Origin: an uncultured Chthoniobacterales bacterium
GTDB lineage: Bacteria; Verrucomicrobiota; Verrucomicrobiia; Chthoniobacterales; Terrimicrobiaceae
Length of the DNA stretch: 64,000 nt
NCBI GenBank assembly: GCA_964445975.1
Contig: CAYUMP010000016.1
Location: 3,679 to 67,678, forward strand
Reading direction: 5' to 3'
The notes under the pieces: model-generated
What the model was told of the DNA's origin: nothing
The model's database searches: none
Seen by the model: only the letters and a program-made list of their open reading frames with translations
Shown: one piece after another, positions 27,722 through 38,568 of the stretch
Layout of the letters: each line of letters starts with the position of its first letter
Position numbering within the stretch: the stretch's first letter is position 1
Translations under genes and position numbers: made by a program

Positions 27722-28335
27722 GACGCGAGCCTTTCAGCGATGGTGGCGAGAGCTTCCTTGGTCAGGACAATCTTGTCGAAAGCCAGGAGCTGCTCGGTGT
27801 TGACGTCGGCGGCGCGGGCCAGAAGAGCATTCTGGACGTTGCGGGCGGCGAGATAGGTCTTCTCGTCGAAGGTGTTGCCGACGATGAGAGTCTTGCGGGC
27901 GTCCTTGGCGGTTTCGCTAAGGAGGCTGATGAACTGCTTGGTCTTGGCTTCCTTGACAGCGAAGGCGTCGACGATGAGAACATCACCAGCGAGCGTGCGT
28001 TCACTAAGGGCCTTGCGGAAAGCGAGAACCTTGACCTTCTTGGGGGTGTGCTTGGCGTAGCTGCGAGGGCGAGGGCCGAAGACAACACCACCACCAACCC
28101 AGATCGGGGAGGCCTTGTCACCCGCACGGGCGCGGCCGGTACCTTTCTGGCGCCAGGGCTTCGCACCACTCAGGGCGACTTCGCCCTTCGTCTTGGTGCT
28201 GGCGGTGCCGCTACGACGATTGGCGCGCATGGCAACAACGACATCATGGACGGCCTGACGGCCTTTTTCGGTTTCGGTGATCAGTTCGATCTTGGCCTTT
28301 GCGGCCTCTTCAGCGGTAAAAACAGTGGCGCTCAT
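27718..28335 (-). CDS. rplD: 50S ribosomal protein L4 (uL4)
   Basis: Pattern [35 protein letters not shown]. Confidence 0.96.
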   Translation of the reverse strand: MSATVFTAEEAAKAKIELITETEKGRQAVHDVVVAMRANRRSGTASTKTKGEVALSGAKPWRQKGTGRARAGDKASPIWVGGGVVFGPRPRSYAKHTPKKVKVLAFRKALSERTLAGDVLIVDAFAVKEAKTKQFISLLSETAKDARKTLIVGNTFDEKTYLAARNVQNALLARAADVNTEQLLAFDKIVLTKEALATIAERLAS

Positions 28336-28338
28336 GGC

Positions 28339-28983
28339 TTATTTCTTGGCGGCTTTCTTTTTGATGGCGGGGCGAACGATGACGTTCGTGCCCTTGGCGC
28401 CGGGGACGGCTCCGCTGACGATGATGACACCATCTTCCTCGCGAACTTGGAGGATGCGGAGATTCTGCACGGTGATGCGCTCGTCACCCATGTGACCGGG
28501 CATGCCCATGTTTTTCCAAACGCGACCCGGAGTGGAGCGGTTACCGATGGCGCCGTTACGGCGGTGCATCATGGAACCGTGGGTCTGAGGCTGTCCGGCG
28601 AAATGGAAGCGCTTGACGACGCCCTGGAAGCCCTTTCCCTTCGACTGTCCGATAACGTCGACGAACTGGCCAACTTCGAAAACGCTTAAAGCGATATCCA
28701 CGCTCTCGGGAGCGGCTTCGCCCTCGGCGAGACGGAACTCACGAATGAATTTCTTCGGAGTGGAAGAGGATTTGGCGAAATGGCCGGTCTGGGCCTTGCT
28801 CACACGCTGCGGCTTCTGGTCGCCAAAGCCGACCTGCACGGCGGTGTAGCCGTCCTTTTCCTTGCTCTTAACCTGGAGAATGCGATTACCGCCCGCTTCG
28901 ATGACGGTGGCGGTGGAAACACGTCCCTTGTCATCATAGACGCGGGTCATTCCGATTTTTTTACCTAAAAGTCCAATGCTCAT
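28339..28983 (-). CDS. rplC: 50S ribosomal protein L3 (uL3)
   Basis: Patterns MSIGLLGKKIGMTRVYDDKG and GKGFQGVVKRFHFAGQPQTHGS. Confidence 0.97.
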   Translation of the reverse strand: MSIGLLGKKIGMTRVYDDKGRVSTATVIEAGGNRILQVKSKEKDGYTAVQVGFGDQKPQRVSKAQTGHFAKSSSTPKKFIREFRLAEGEAAPESVDIALSVFEVGQFVDVIGQSKGKGFQGVVKRFHFAGQPQTHGSMMHRRNGAIGNRSTPGRVWKNMGMPGHMGDERITVQNLRILQVREEDGVIIVSGAVPGAKGTNVIVRPAIKKKAAKK

Positions 28984-28995
28984 GACGTGGGCGTG

Positions 28996-29313
28996 TTAGA
29001 TTTTGATGGTGATGTCCACGCCGGCGGGGAGGTTGAGCTTGCGTAGCTCGTCCACGGTCTTGGCGGTGGGTTCGACGATATCCAGCAGACGCTTGTGCGT
29101 GCGGATTTCAAATTGGTCCATGGACTTTTTGTCCACGTGGGGCGAGCGGTTCACGGTGAACTTCTCGATGCGGGTTGGGAGCGGAATCGGTCCCGTTACC
29201 TTCGATCCCGTGCGCTTGGCCGTCTCGACGATCTCGGCGGCGGAAGCATCGAGGATGCGAAAATCAAAAGCCTTGAGGCGGATGCGGATGCGTTGGCCGG
29301 CTGGTGTTGACAT
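28996..29313 (-). CDS. rpsJ: 30S ribosomal protein S10 (uS10)
   Basis: Patterns [54 protein letters not shown]. Confidence 0.97.
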   Translation of the reverse strand: MSTPAGQRIRIRLKAFDFRILDASAAEIVETAKRTGSKVTGPIPLPTRIEKFTVNRSPHVDKKSMDQFEIRTHKRLLDIVEPTAKTVDELRKLNLPAGVDITIKI

Positions 29314-29688
29314 ATTTTTGTAAAGAACAGGTGAGGGATGGTCCCTTGGTTAAGTGTTATCGAAATCGCTTTCGGCCACAAAGGGGGGCGACCGCTCCGT
29401 GGAGCGTTTCAACAGTGCATTGAAAAGTGGTCGTCATGTCTTAGTGGCTGCCGTGTGGTCCCGCGACAGGCGTCAGGGGACAAAAAAAGCACGCTAGGTG
29501 CTCTCTCATTTCCCCGTCATGGTGCGGGAGGGAAGAAAGTAGTGAAGCGCAGCAGGGAAGCAAGAGAAAATTTGAAAATTCTTCTCTTTTACGTGGGTTT
29601 TCGACACCGCTGCAGAAATGGCGCCTATTTGAGGCGGAAAAATCCCGCATCCCGATAGCCAGACGGTCCTTTTTTCCCGGAAAAAGAT
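29314..29688 (-). promoter_or_regulatory. long untranslated leader/promoter region upstream of rpsJ
   Basis: 375 nt with no convincing ORF between the desaturase terminator and the rpsJ ATG. On the minus strand it contains a short hairpin plus T7 run, GAGCAC-CTAGC-GTGCTTTTTTT, at 29482-29504. Confidence 0.35.
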
Positions 29689-29729
29689 AATCCCCGCGCA
29701 GGTCGATTTTATCTGCCTGCGCGGGGATT
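29689..29729 (-). terminator. rho-independent terminator after the desaturase gene
   Basis: Perfect 14-bp stem, AATCCCCGCGCAGG / CCTGCGCGGGGATT, with a 13-nt loop. On the minus strand it is followed by ATCTTTTTCC. Confidence 0.8.
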
Positions 29730-29760
29730 GAGAGTTACCGAATTTTCAGAGAGAGGCCAA

Positions 29761-30903
29761 TCAGGCCGGAACGAGAACCATGCGATGCGTCTCGGCCCAA
29801 TGCCGAACGGCTTCACGCAGACTTTCTGCGGCTTCTTCGACCCGACGCTTGAGTTCACGGCGATTGACGCGAGAGATCTCGCCCCGGCGCTCGGCGGCCG
29901 CGCGATACTCGACCAAGTGCTTCTCCCACGAGACCAAGGCGGCATTCATGCGTTCCTGAGCGGAGTGAATCATGGCGTGAACGGATTCGGAAATGGGCTC
30001 ATGAAGTGCCGCCAGTTTTTCGGAGAGTTTGCGCTGCTGCTCGGCGATCTGGGCCTTGATAATGATTTCCTCCGGCACGGTGCGCAGGCGTTTGGCCAGA
30101 CCCAACTTATTCAGGAGCCAAATGGTCCATTTGGTCGGATCGAACTGCCAGGGCTTCACGCCGTTGCGATAATCGTATTGAAACTCGTGGTGGAAATTGT
30201 GGTAGCCCTCACCAAAGGTAAAGATGGCCATGAGGAAACTGTCCCGGGCCGTGCATTTGCTGGAGTAAGGGCGGTCGCCGATCCAGTGGCAAAGCGAGTT
30301 GATGCAGAACGTCATGTGGTGCACGAAGACCACCCGGGCCACGCCAGCGAGCAGGAAGGCCCCCAGCGCCGCCTGAGCACCGCCCACGAGAAAGCCGATG
30401 AGGGCGGGCACGCCGAAGCCGACAGCAAAGGCCAGCGGCACATAGTAGCGGTGCTGCCACCAGGCGAGCTTATCCTTTTGCAAATCGCGCACCCAGGTCA
30501 GAGGGGTTTCGGGACCAGTCCGGAAAAGCAGCCAGCCGATGTGAGCATGAAAGAAGCCCTTGGAAATATCGTAGGGGTCGTCGTCGTGGTCGACAAACTT
30601 GTGGTGACGGCGATGGTCAGCCGACCAACAGAGAGCCGAACCCTCAAAGGCAGCGGCGCCAAAGAGAAGGGTGAACACCTTCACCGGCCAGGCAGCCTGG
30701 AAGGTCAGATGGGAGAAGAGCCGATGGTAGCCGAGCGTAATACTCAGGCCGGTGGAGATAAAAAAGAAGAGAAACAGGGAAACCTGAAAGACATCGAGAC
30801 CATAGTGCCAGATGTATAATGGGACGGCCGTGATCGTGGTAACGAACGTCGTAATGAGGAACAGGCTGTTCTCCCAGCGAACTTTATAGGGCAGCTTTAA
30901 CAT
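29761..30903 (-). CDS. membrane fatty-acid (acyl-CoA/acyl-lipid delta-9 type) desaturase
   Basis: Three His boxes: GYHRLFSH, HRRHHKFVD, HNFHHEF. N-terminal TM pairs are present. The C-terminal extension of about 100 aa is helical. Confidence 0.88.
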   Translation of the reverse strand: MLKLPYKVRWENSLFLITTFVTTITAVPLYIWHYGLDVFQVSLFLFFFISTGLSITLGYHRLFSHLTFQAAWPVKVFTLLFGAAAFEGSALCWSADHRRHHKFVDHDDDPYDISKGFFHAHIGWLLFRTGPETPLTWVRDLQKDKLAWWQHRYYVPLAFAVGFGVPALIGFLVGGAQAALGAFLLAGVARVVFVHHMTFCINSLCHWIGDRPYSSKCTARDSFLMAIFTFGEGYHNFHHEFQYDYRNGVKPWQFDPTKWTIWLLNKLGLAKRLRTVPEEIIIKAQIAEQQRKLSEKLAALHEPISESVHAMIHSAQERMNAALVSWEKHLVEYRAAAERRGEISRVNRRELKRRVEEAAESLREAVRHWAETHRMVLVPA

Positions 30904-30949
30904 GCGGCGGACAACCTACACAGGGATCGCCCGCTGGCTAATGTTTTTT

Positions 30950-32155
30950 TTAACGTCGAGGGCGAAACGAACGGCGCGGCTGGAAGCGTTTGCCCCCTGC
31001 AACCGTCGGTTCTTTGATCCGATCGTGCCGGGGGCCGGAGGCGTAGACGAAACCCTCCAGAGACATTTGTTGGATTTTCTGTCCAATGAACCGCTCTATG
31101 GCGATCAGCTTTTTCTCCTCGTCCCGCGCGACCAGCGTAAAGGCGTCACCCGTGGCCTGGGCCCGGCCGGTGCGGCCGATACGGTGAACATAGTCCTCCG
31201 GATGCTGGGGGATATCGTAGTTGATGACGTGGCTGACTCCTGCAATGTCGATGCCGCGAGCGGCGATGTCGGTAGCCACCATGACCTCGTACTTGCCGGA
31301 TTTAAAGCCATTGAGAGCCTCAATACGCTGGTTTTGGCTGCGGTTGGCGTGCAAAACAGCGACCGAATGGTTCAGATTGCGCAGTTTTTTTGCGATCTTG
31401 TCCGCCCCGTGCTTGGTCCGGGAAAAAATGATCACGCTCTGGAAGTCGGTGGCCTTGAGCAGAGCCACGAGCAGGTCGAACTTGCGGTCCGGCTCGACCA
31501 TGTAGACCCCATGCTTGACTGTTTCGGTGACAGAACGCGCGACACCGATCTCGATGCGGACGGGGTCGCGAAGAGCGAAAGAGGCCAGGGCTGCAATCTC
31601 CGGCGGCAGGGTGGCCGAGAAAAAGAGCGTCTGCCGTTCCTTTGGGCATTTGGCGATGATGCGTTTGACGGCGGGGAGAAACCCAACATCGAGCATGCGG
31701 TCGACTTCATCAAGCACCACCACTTCGAGCCCATTGAGGCGTAGCACCCCCTGCTGCAGGTAGTCCTCCAAACGTCCAGGAGTAGCGACAATAATATCGG
31801 CTCCGCGCTTCAGGGCTTCCCGTTGCGCGCCATACCCCACCCCACCGTACAGGGAAAGGACCGAGATGTCGGTAAACCGCGCGAGATCACGAATGGATGT
31901 TTCCACCTGCATGGCCAACTCACGAGTGGGCTCCAGAATGAGGCAGCGACAGGCTCCGTGGCGATCCAGGCGCTGAAGGATCGGTAGCGCAAACGCAGCG
32001 GTTTTTCCCGTGCCCGTCTGGGCGGAAGCAATGAGATCCTTGCCTTCCAGAGCCGGCGGAATGGCGCGCAGTTGAATGGGAGTCGGGTCGCCGTAGCCCA
32101 TAGCCTGGACGCCGTGCAAAAGTGTCTTGGTCAATCCAAGGTTGGCAAATGGCAT
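30950..32155 (-). CDS. DEAD-box ATP-dependent RNA helicase (RhlE-like)
   Basis: Trimmed to ATG 32155 (MPFANLGL...). Q-motif GYGDPTPIQ, motif I AQTGTGKT, DEVD variant of the DEAD box (VLDEVDRML), SAT, HRIGRTGR. Arg-rich tail. Confidence 0.93.
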   Translation of the reverse strand: MPFANLGLTKTLLHGVQAMGYGDPTPIQLRAIPPALEGKDLIASAQTGTGKTAAFALPILQRLDRHGACRCLILEPTRELAMQVETSIRDLARFTDISVLSLYGGVGYGAQREALKRGADIIVATPGRLEDYLQQGVLRLNGLEVVVLDEVDRMLDVGFLPAVKRIIAKCPKERQTLFFSATLPPEIAALASFALRDPVRIEIGVARSVTETVKHGVYMVEPDRKFDLLVALLKATDFQSVIIFSRTKHGADKIAKKLRNLNHSVAVLHANRSQNQRIEALNGFKSGKYEVMVATDIAARGIDIAGVSHVINYDIPQHPEDYVHRIGRTGRAQATGDAFTLVARDEEKKLIAIERFIGQKIQQMSLEGFVYASGPRHDRIKEPTVAGGKRFQPRRSFRPRR

Positions 32156-32265
32156 AAAATTTTTGTTGGGCGCGCACCCTCTAGGCCTTCGCTCCATCTG
32201 TCAATCGTTTAGGGAACCCTCCATGATTTGAAAAGAAGTGCGTTTCCCCAAGCGAGAGTTGCAAG

Positions 32266-32778
32266 ATGGATGTCATGCCGCGACTCACTCCCCTCATCGT
32301 CTATTTGGGGATTCTCCTATTGGCTCTGACAAATCTTTTGATGCTCGATTCTGACCTCCCTCCCCGGCTGGCCACCCATTTCGACGCCGCTGGCCGAGCG
32401 AATGGGTGGGAGAATGCCGGCCAGTTTTTGGCCTCCCACTTTGCCCTCATCCCCATTTCATTGCTATTGCCGTTTATTACATTCAGCATCCGGTTTTTTC
32501 CGGCGAATCTCCTCAATGTTCCCAAAAAGGAATATTGGACCCTGCCGGAGAATCACCGCCGGGCCTCCGAGTTCTTGTTTTACTCTTCATTCTGGCAAGC
32601 TGCGCTCACCCTGTTTTTTCTCTCCGGCCTCTTTCTCCTGACAGTCAGTGCCAACCTCACATCTCCACCCGAGTTAAACAACATGGCCACCTATGCAGTA
32701 TCGGGAATTTTCCTCGTAGGAACACTCGCTTGGGTCGTTCGTGTCTTTGTGTTTTTTGGCACCGTTCCAAAAACGTGA
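32266..32778 (+). CDS. DUF1648-like integral membrane protein
   Basis: 170 aa, 4 TM segments. N-terminal pattern LPPRLATHFDAAGRANGW, as recalled for DUF1648/SdpI-N. Confidence 0.6.
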   Translation: MDVMPRLTPLIVYLGILLLALTNLLMLDSDLPPRLATHFDAAGRANGWENAGQFLASHFALIPISLLLPFITFSIRFFPANLLNVPKKEYWTLPENHRRASEFLFYSSFWQAALTLFFLSGLFLLTVSANLTSPPELNNMATYAVSGIFLVGTLAWVVRVFVFFGTVPKT

Positions 32779-32786
32779 CAGAGGGA

Positions 32787-32805
32787 AGCAAACGAAAGGT
32801 TGCTT
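32787..32805 (+). terminator. weak hairpin after the DUF1648 gene
   Basis: AAGCAA-CGAAAGG-TTGCTT followed by TTCC. The stem is only 6 bp and the T tract is poor. Confidence 0.25.
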
Positions 32806-32976
32806 TTCCGCCGAGTCGGGCGAAGGTAGTTACCCGCACGACGGATTTTCGGGCTTTTTATTTCGCGGATAAGTATCCGCCAATGAGTTCCGGCGCAGCT
32901 TGTCTGCTCCTTTTCTCGACGACCTAATCGTCAGACGCCCGGCTTTGACCCGCCATTCCGCGTTGCGCGCCCATAT

Positions 32977-33195
32977 ATGAATCAAGACAAGACGATTGAG
33001 CTCGAAGGCAGAATCACCAACGTGCTTCCCGGCACCATGTTTCACGTCGAGTTGGACAACAAGCACACGGTGCTGGCCCATATCTCCGGCAAAATGCGCA
33101 AGCGCTTCATCCGCCTGCTCAACGGTGACCGCGTGAAGTTGGAGATGTCTCCCTACGACCTCGACAAGGCCCGTATCGTCTATCGTCTCGGCTAG
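32977..33195 (+). CDS. infA: translation initiation factor IF-1, second (stand-alone) paralog
   Basis: 72 aa: [72 protein letters not shown]. Identical to the operon copy at 41 of 70 aligned positions by hand count. Confidence 0.9.
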   Translation: MNQDKTIELEGRITNVLPGTMFHVELDNKHTVLAHISGKMRKRFIRLLNGDRVKLEMSPYDLDKARIVYRLG

Positions 33196-33265
33196 TTCCC
33201 GGCTGAAAATTTTCAGCCTTCCCCCCATCAGTGTCCTACCCCATGGTTCAGGATGTCCGTGAACC

Positions 33266-34600
33266 ATGATTGAAATTCTCCTCGCCGTATTGGTGATTCT
33301 CGCGGTGGTTATCATCGCGCTGCTGCTCTGGCAGCAGACCGCCATTCGCGCCACTCACAGAGCGCTCGCGGAGCTTCCCTCCCAGTTTCGCAGTCAACTC
33401 GATGCCCTGGCCGTCCAGACACGGCAAGACGGTTCCGCCGGCCGGCAGGAACTTACGCAGTCCCTCGTCTCAGCCATCAATCAGACGTCGGATAGTACGC
33501 GCAATTCCCTGCGCACCCAAACCGAAGCCGTCTCCGGCCTGCGCGAGGCGCTTGATCGCCAACTCGCTCACCTGTCCCAAACCAACGAGCAGAAGCTCGA
33601 GTCCGTCCGCTCCACGCTGGAAAGCAAGCTGACGGCCCTTCAGCAGGACAACAACGCCAAGCTCGACCAGATGCGGGCCACGGTGGAGGAAAAGCTGCAA
33701 ACCACGCTTGAGCGGCGTTTGGGCGAATCCTTCAAGATCGTCAGCGAAAATCTCCAGCAGGTGCATACCGCCATGGGCGAGATGCGCAAGCTGGCCGGAG
33801 AAGTCGGCAGCCTGCAAACGCTGATGTCCAACGTGAAGAACCGCGGCGGCTGGGGCGAATACCAACTGGCGACGATCCTCGAGCAATTTCTCAGCCCCGA
33901 GCAATACGCCAAGAACGTGCAGCCGCGCGGCACGGGCGAGATCGTGGAATTTGCGATCAAACTCCCCGGCCGCGACAATGATGGCATCCCGGTCTGGCTC
34001 CCGATCGACGCTAAGTTTCCCAAGGAAGACTACGAAAAACTCATCGCCGCCTCAGACCGGCAGGACCTCGACCAAATCAAACTCTACTCCAGCCAGCTCG
34101 AGATCCGCATCAAAGGCAACGCTAAGGATATTTCCCAAAAGTACCTTCACCCCCCCCACACCACGGACTTCGGGATCATGTTCCTGCCGACCGAGGGCCT
34201 GTACGCTGAGGTGCTGCGCCGCCCCGGCCTGGCAGATTTCATTCAACGCGAACATCGCGTGGTCATTGCCGGGCCCACCACCTTGGTCGCCCTGCTTAAC
34301 AGCCTGCAAATCGGCTTCCGCACCCTCGCCATCGAAAAACAGTCCAGCGAAGTCTGGAAAGTGCTGGGAGCGGTGAAGGCGCAATTCGGCACCTTCGGTG
34401 ATGTCCTGGCCAAGGTGCAGAAAAAGCTCCAGTCCGCCACGACCGATATCGAGTCAGTCGGCACCAAAACACGCACCATGCAACGCAAGCTGCGCGAGGT
34501 GGAAACTGTCACCGTGCAGGACTCCAATGACGTTTTCGGTTTTCCCACGCTCGAGGAGCCTGTGGACCATGCGATAGATAGCCAGGCAGAAAATCCCTGA
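33266..34600 (+). CDS. rmuC: DNA recombination protein RmuC
   Basis: N-terminal TM segment, then a long coiled coil, then a nuclease-like core: NRGGWGEYQLATILEQ...FAIKLPG...VWLPIDAKFPKEDY...MFLPTEGLYAE. Confidence 0.88.
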   Translation: MIEILLAVLVILAVVIIALLLWQQTAIRATHRALAELPSQFRSQLDALAVQTRQDGSAGRQELTQSLVSAINQTSDSTRNSLRTQTEAVSGLREALDRQLAHLSQTNEQKLESVRSTLESKLTALQQDNNAKLDQMRATVEEKLQTTLERRLGESFKIVSENLQQVHTAMGEMRKLAGEVGSLQTLMSNVKNRGGWGEYQLATILEQFLSPEQYAKNVQPRGTGEIVEFAIKLPGRDNDGIPVWLPIDAKFPKEDYEKLIAASDRQDLDQIKLYSSQLEIRIKGNAKDISQKYLHPPHTTDFGIMFLPTEGLYAEVLRRPGLADFIQREHRVVIAGPTTLVALLNSLQIGFRTLAIEKQSSEVWKVLGAVKAQFGTFGDVLAKVQKKLQSATTDIESVGTKTRTMQRKLREVETVTVQDSNDVFGFPTLEEPVDHAIDSQAENP

Positions 34601-34710
34601 TTTCACGTCGCACAGGGCACGACAACGCAGAAATGGCGGTCAGGCGGAAGAATAGCAAGTATCATCGGCGGCTTCTTCGCCAAAACCCCGAGGTTTCTGG
34701 CCAAATAAAA

Positions 34711-34734
34711 AGGACGCCCCTTGCGGGGCGCCCT
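34711..34734. terminator. hairpin between convergent rmuC and fusA
   Basis: AGGACGCCCC-TTGC-GGGGCGCCCT with one mismatch. A-rich on the 5' side and T-rich on the 3' side. Confidence 0.6.
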
Positions 34735-34761
34735 TTCGATAATTATTTGTGTAAGGTCCGA

Positions 34762-36906
<2,145 letters not shown>

Positions 36907-37039
36907 AACAGAAATAGTTGGCTAAACCCGCGTCATAAGTCGGCGACACGGGGGGAAGGCAAGGTAGATAAGAGCCGGGGCAGGGCAAGAGAAAATTTGC
37001 CCCAGACCGGCCGAAGATCAAAGGAAACTCTGGAAACGC

Positions 37040-37327
37040 CTATTTGGCCGCTTCCTCGCGGAGCTGGCGCTCCGCCTCCACCCAGTCACCGTGCTCGGTG
37101 CCGGGCAAGCCCAGCTTCTGGCGGTGTTCCGAGATAAAGTAGGCGCGCAAAGAGATCTCCTCGATGGAAATTACCACCGTCGGCTTCTTTTTTGCCGCTG
37201 GAGCCTTTTTGGGCTTCGGCGCCGGAGAGGCGGCTTTTTCGACCGGAGCAGATTTCGTTTGGGAGACCTTTCCCACCTTTACTTTCTTCGGCTCCTCTTC
37301 CTTTTCCTTTTTCTTCTTTTTCGACAT
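37040..37327 (-). CDS. DUF2934-domain small basic protein
   Basis: Trimmed to ATG 37327 (MSKKKKKEKEEE...). C-terminal sequence EEISLRAYFISEHRQKLGLPGTEHGDWVEAERQL matches the recalled DUF2934 pattern. Confidence 0.6.
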   Translation of the reverse strand: MSKKKKKEKEEEPKKVKVGKVSQTKSAPVEKAASPAPKPKKAPAAKKKPTVVISIEEISLRAYFISEHRQKLGLPGTEHGDWVEAERQLREEAAK

Positions 37328-37423
37328 GATTGTTGGCCCTTTCCAGGGCATGATTAGCTCTCGGTTGGGCTCGCTTGGCAAAATAAATCTTCAAAAAAAT
37401 TCCGTATAAAATAGATTATTCCC

Positions 37424-37834
37424 ATGGGCTCCTTTCTCCTCCGCTGGTTTGTCACCACCATTGCGGTTTTTGTGGCCGAAAGGCTGTTACCCGGGATTCA
37501 TTGCGAGGGCTGGGGCGCTCTGCTGGGAGCCTCCCTTCTGCTAGGCATCATCAACGCCTTCGTACGCCCCATTTTGCTGCTGTTAAGCCTCCCCTTCATC
37601 ATCGTGACCATGGGCCTGTTCATCTTCGTGGTGAACGCGTTGCTCCTGCTGTTGGTCTCCAAGATCATCCCAAATTTTCAGGTCAACGGCTTCTGGGATG
37701 CCTTTTTCGGGGCCATCATCATCAGCCTGGTAAGCTGGGTGCTGAGCTCATTCTTCCGCGGCAGCGATGGAAAGATCTACACGATCACCCATCATACCTC
37801 GCCCAAGGCGGCCAACGCTCGGGTGATTGAATGA
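37424..37834 (+). CDS. DUF360 / phage-holin-4_2 family (YvlD-like) 4-TM membrane protein
   Basis: Pattern LLPGIHCEGWGALLGASLLLGIINAFVRPILLLLSLPFIIVTMGLFIFVVNALLLLLVSKIIPNFQVNGFW closely follows the recalled family pattern. Confidence 0.75.
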   Translation: MGSFLLRWFVTTIAVFVAERLLPGIHCEGWGALLGASLLLGIINAFVRPILLLLSLPFIIVTMGLFIFVVNALLLLLVSKIIPNFQVNGFWDAFFGAIIISLVSWVLSSFFRGSDGKIYTITHHTSPKAANARVIE

Positions 37835-38568
37835 CCTATTGTTTGAGCCTCCACTGCCGGGAGGGCCTTGCTTTTTTTTCCGATTCACGCACTAGCGCCG
37901 GCGTGGACAACGTTACCATCCATCCCAAAATGCGCGTCTATGAGCGGCGGGGCGACCGGGTGCTCTGCCTGTTGAGTTCCGGCAACCTGTCCATCACGCA
38001 ATCCGTCGGCGCGGTGATCGAACGTGATCTGGCCAAGACCGGGGAAGATCACCATTCCCTGCTCAATCTGCCGAACCTCTATGAAACAGCTCGCTACCTT
38101 GGCGAATGCATCCGTGAGATTCAGCGTCTCGACGCAGCGGCGCTCCTGCAGGGCGGGTTGGATTTCAACGTCAACTTCATCCTGGGCGGCCAGATCGGCA
38201 CGCAACCACCGGAAATTTACCAGGTCTATCCGCTAGGCAATTCCATCCACGCCAGCCGCGAATCGCCCTTCCTGCAAATTGGAGAGTTGAAATACGGCAA
38301 GCCGATCCTGGACCGCGGCTTCACCTATGACACCCCGCTGAAGGAAGCGGTGAAATTTGGCCTGCTCTCGCTGGATTCCACCGCCAAAAGCAACCTCTCG
38401 GTCGGTACGCCTTTCGAGCTGTTCTGCTACCAGGCCGGCAGCCTCGAGGCGCGCCACCGCATGAAGTTCGAAGAAAATGATCCTTACCTGCGAACCGTGC
38501 GCGAACGCTGGCAAAGCGGATTGATTCAACTTGTGCGCGACATCCCCACGTTGGAAAGTCTCAATTAA
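37831..38568 (+). CDS. proteasome-type Ntn hydrolase, Anbu (ancestral beta-subunit) like
   Basis: Starts MTYCLSL..., so Thr is residue 1 after Met removal. Asp17 (FFSDSRT) and Lys32 (HPKMRV) are in catalytic register. 245 aa. ATGA overlap with the upstream membrane gene. Confidence 0.7.
   Translation: MTYCLSLHCREGLAFFSDSRTSAGVDNVTIHPKMRVYERRGDRVLCLLSSGNLSITQSVGAVIERDLAKTGEDHHSLLNLPNLYETARYLGECIREIQRLDAAALLQGGLDFNVNFILGGQIGTQPPEIYQVYPLGNSIHASRESPFLQIGELKYGKPILDRGFTYDTPLKEAVKFGLLSLDSTAKSNLSVGTPFELFCYQAGSLEARHRMKFEENDPYLRTVRERWQSGLIQLVRDIPTLESLN

Noticed and set aside
29338-29658. Small ORFs in the rpsJ leader (106 aa plus strand, 69 aa minus strand)
   Set aside because: Their amino-acid composition is implausible (Cys/Arg/Ser-rich). 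They have no start context and they overlap each other. The region is treated as non-coding leader.
29728-30819. 363-aa plus-strand ORF
   Set aside because: It lies antisense to the desaturase gene. The three His boxes and TM segments are encoded on the minus strand.
36907-37039. Hairpin GGGGCAA-N8-TTGCCCC downstream of the DUF2934 gene as a terminator
   Set aside because: The stem is only 7 bp and no T tract follows on the transcribed strand, so the evidence is too weak to annotate.
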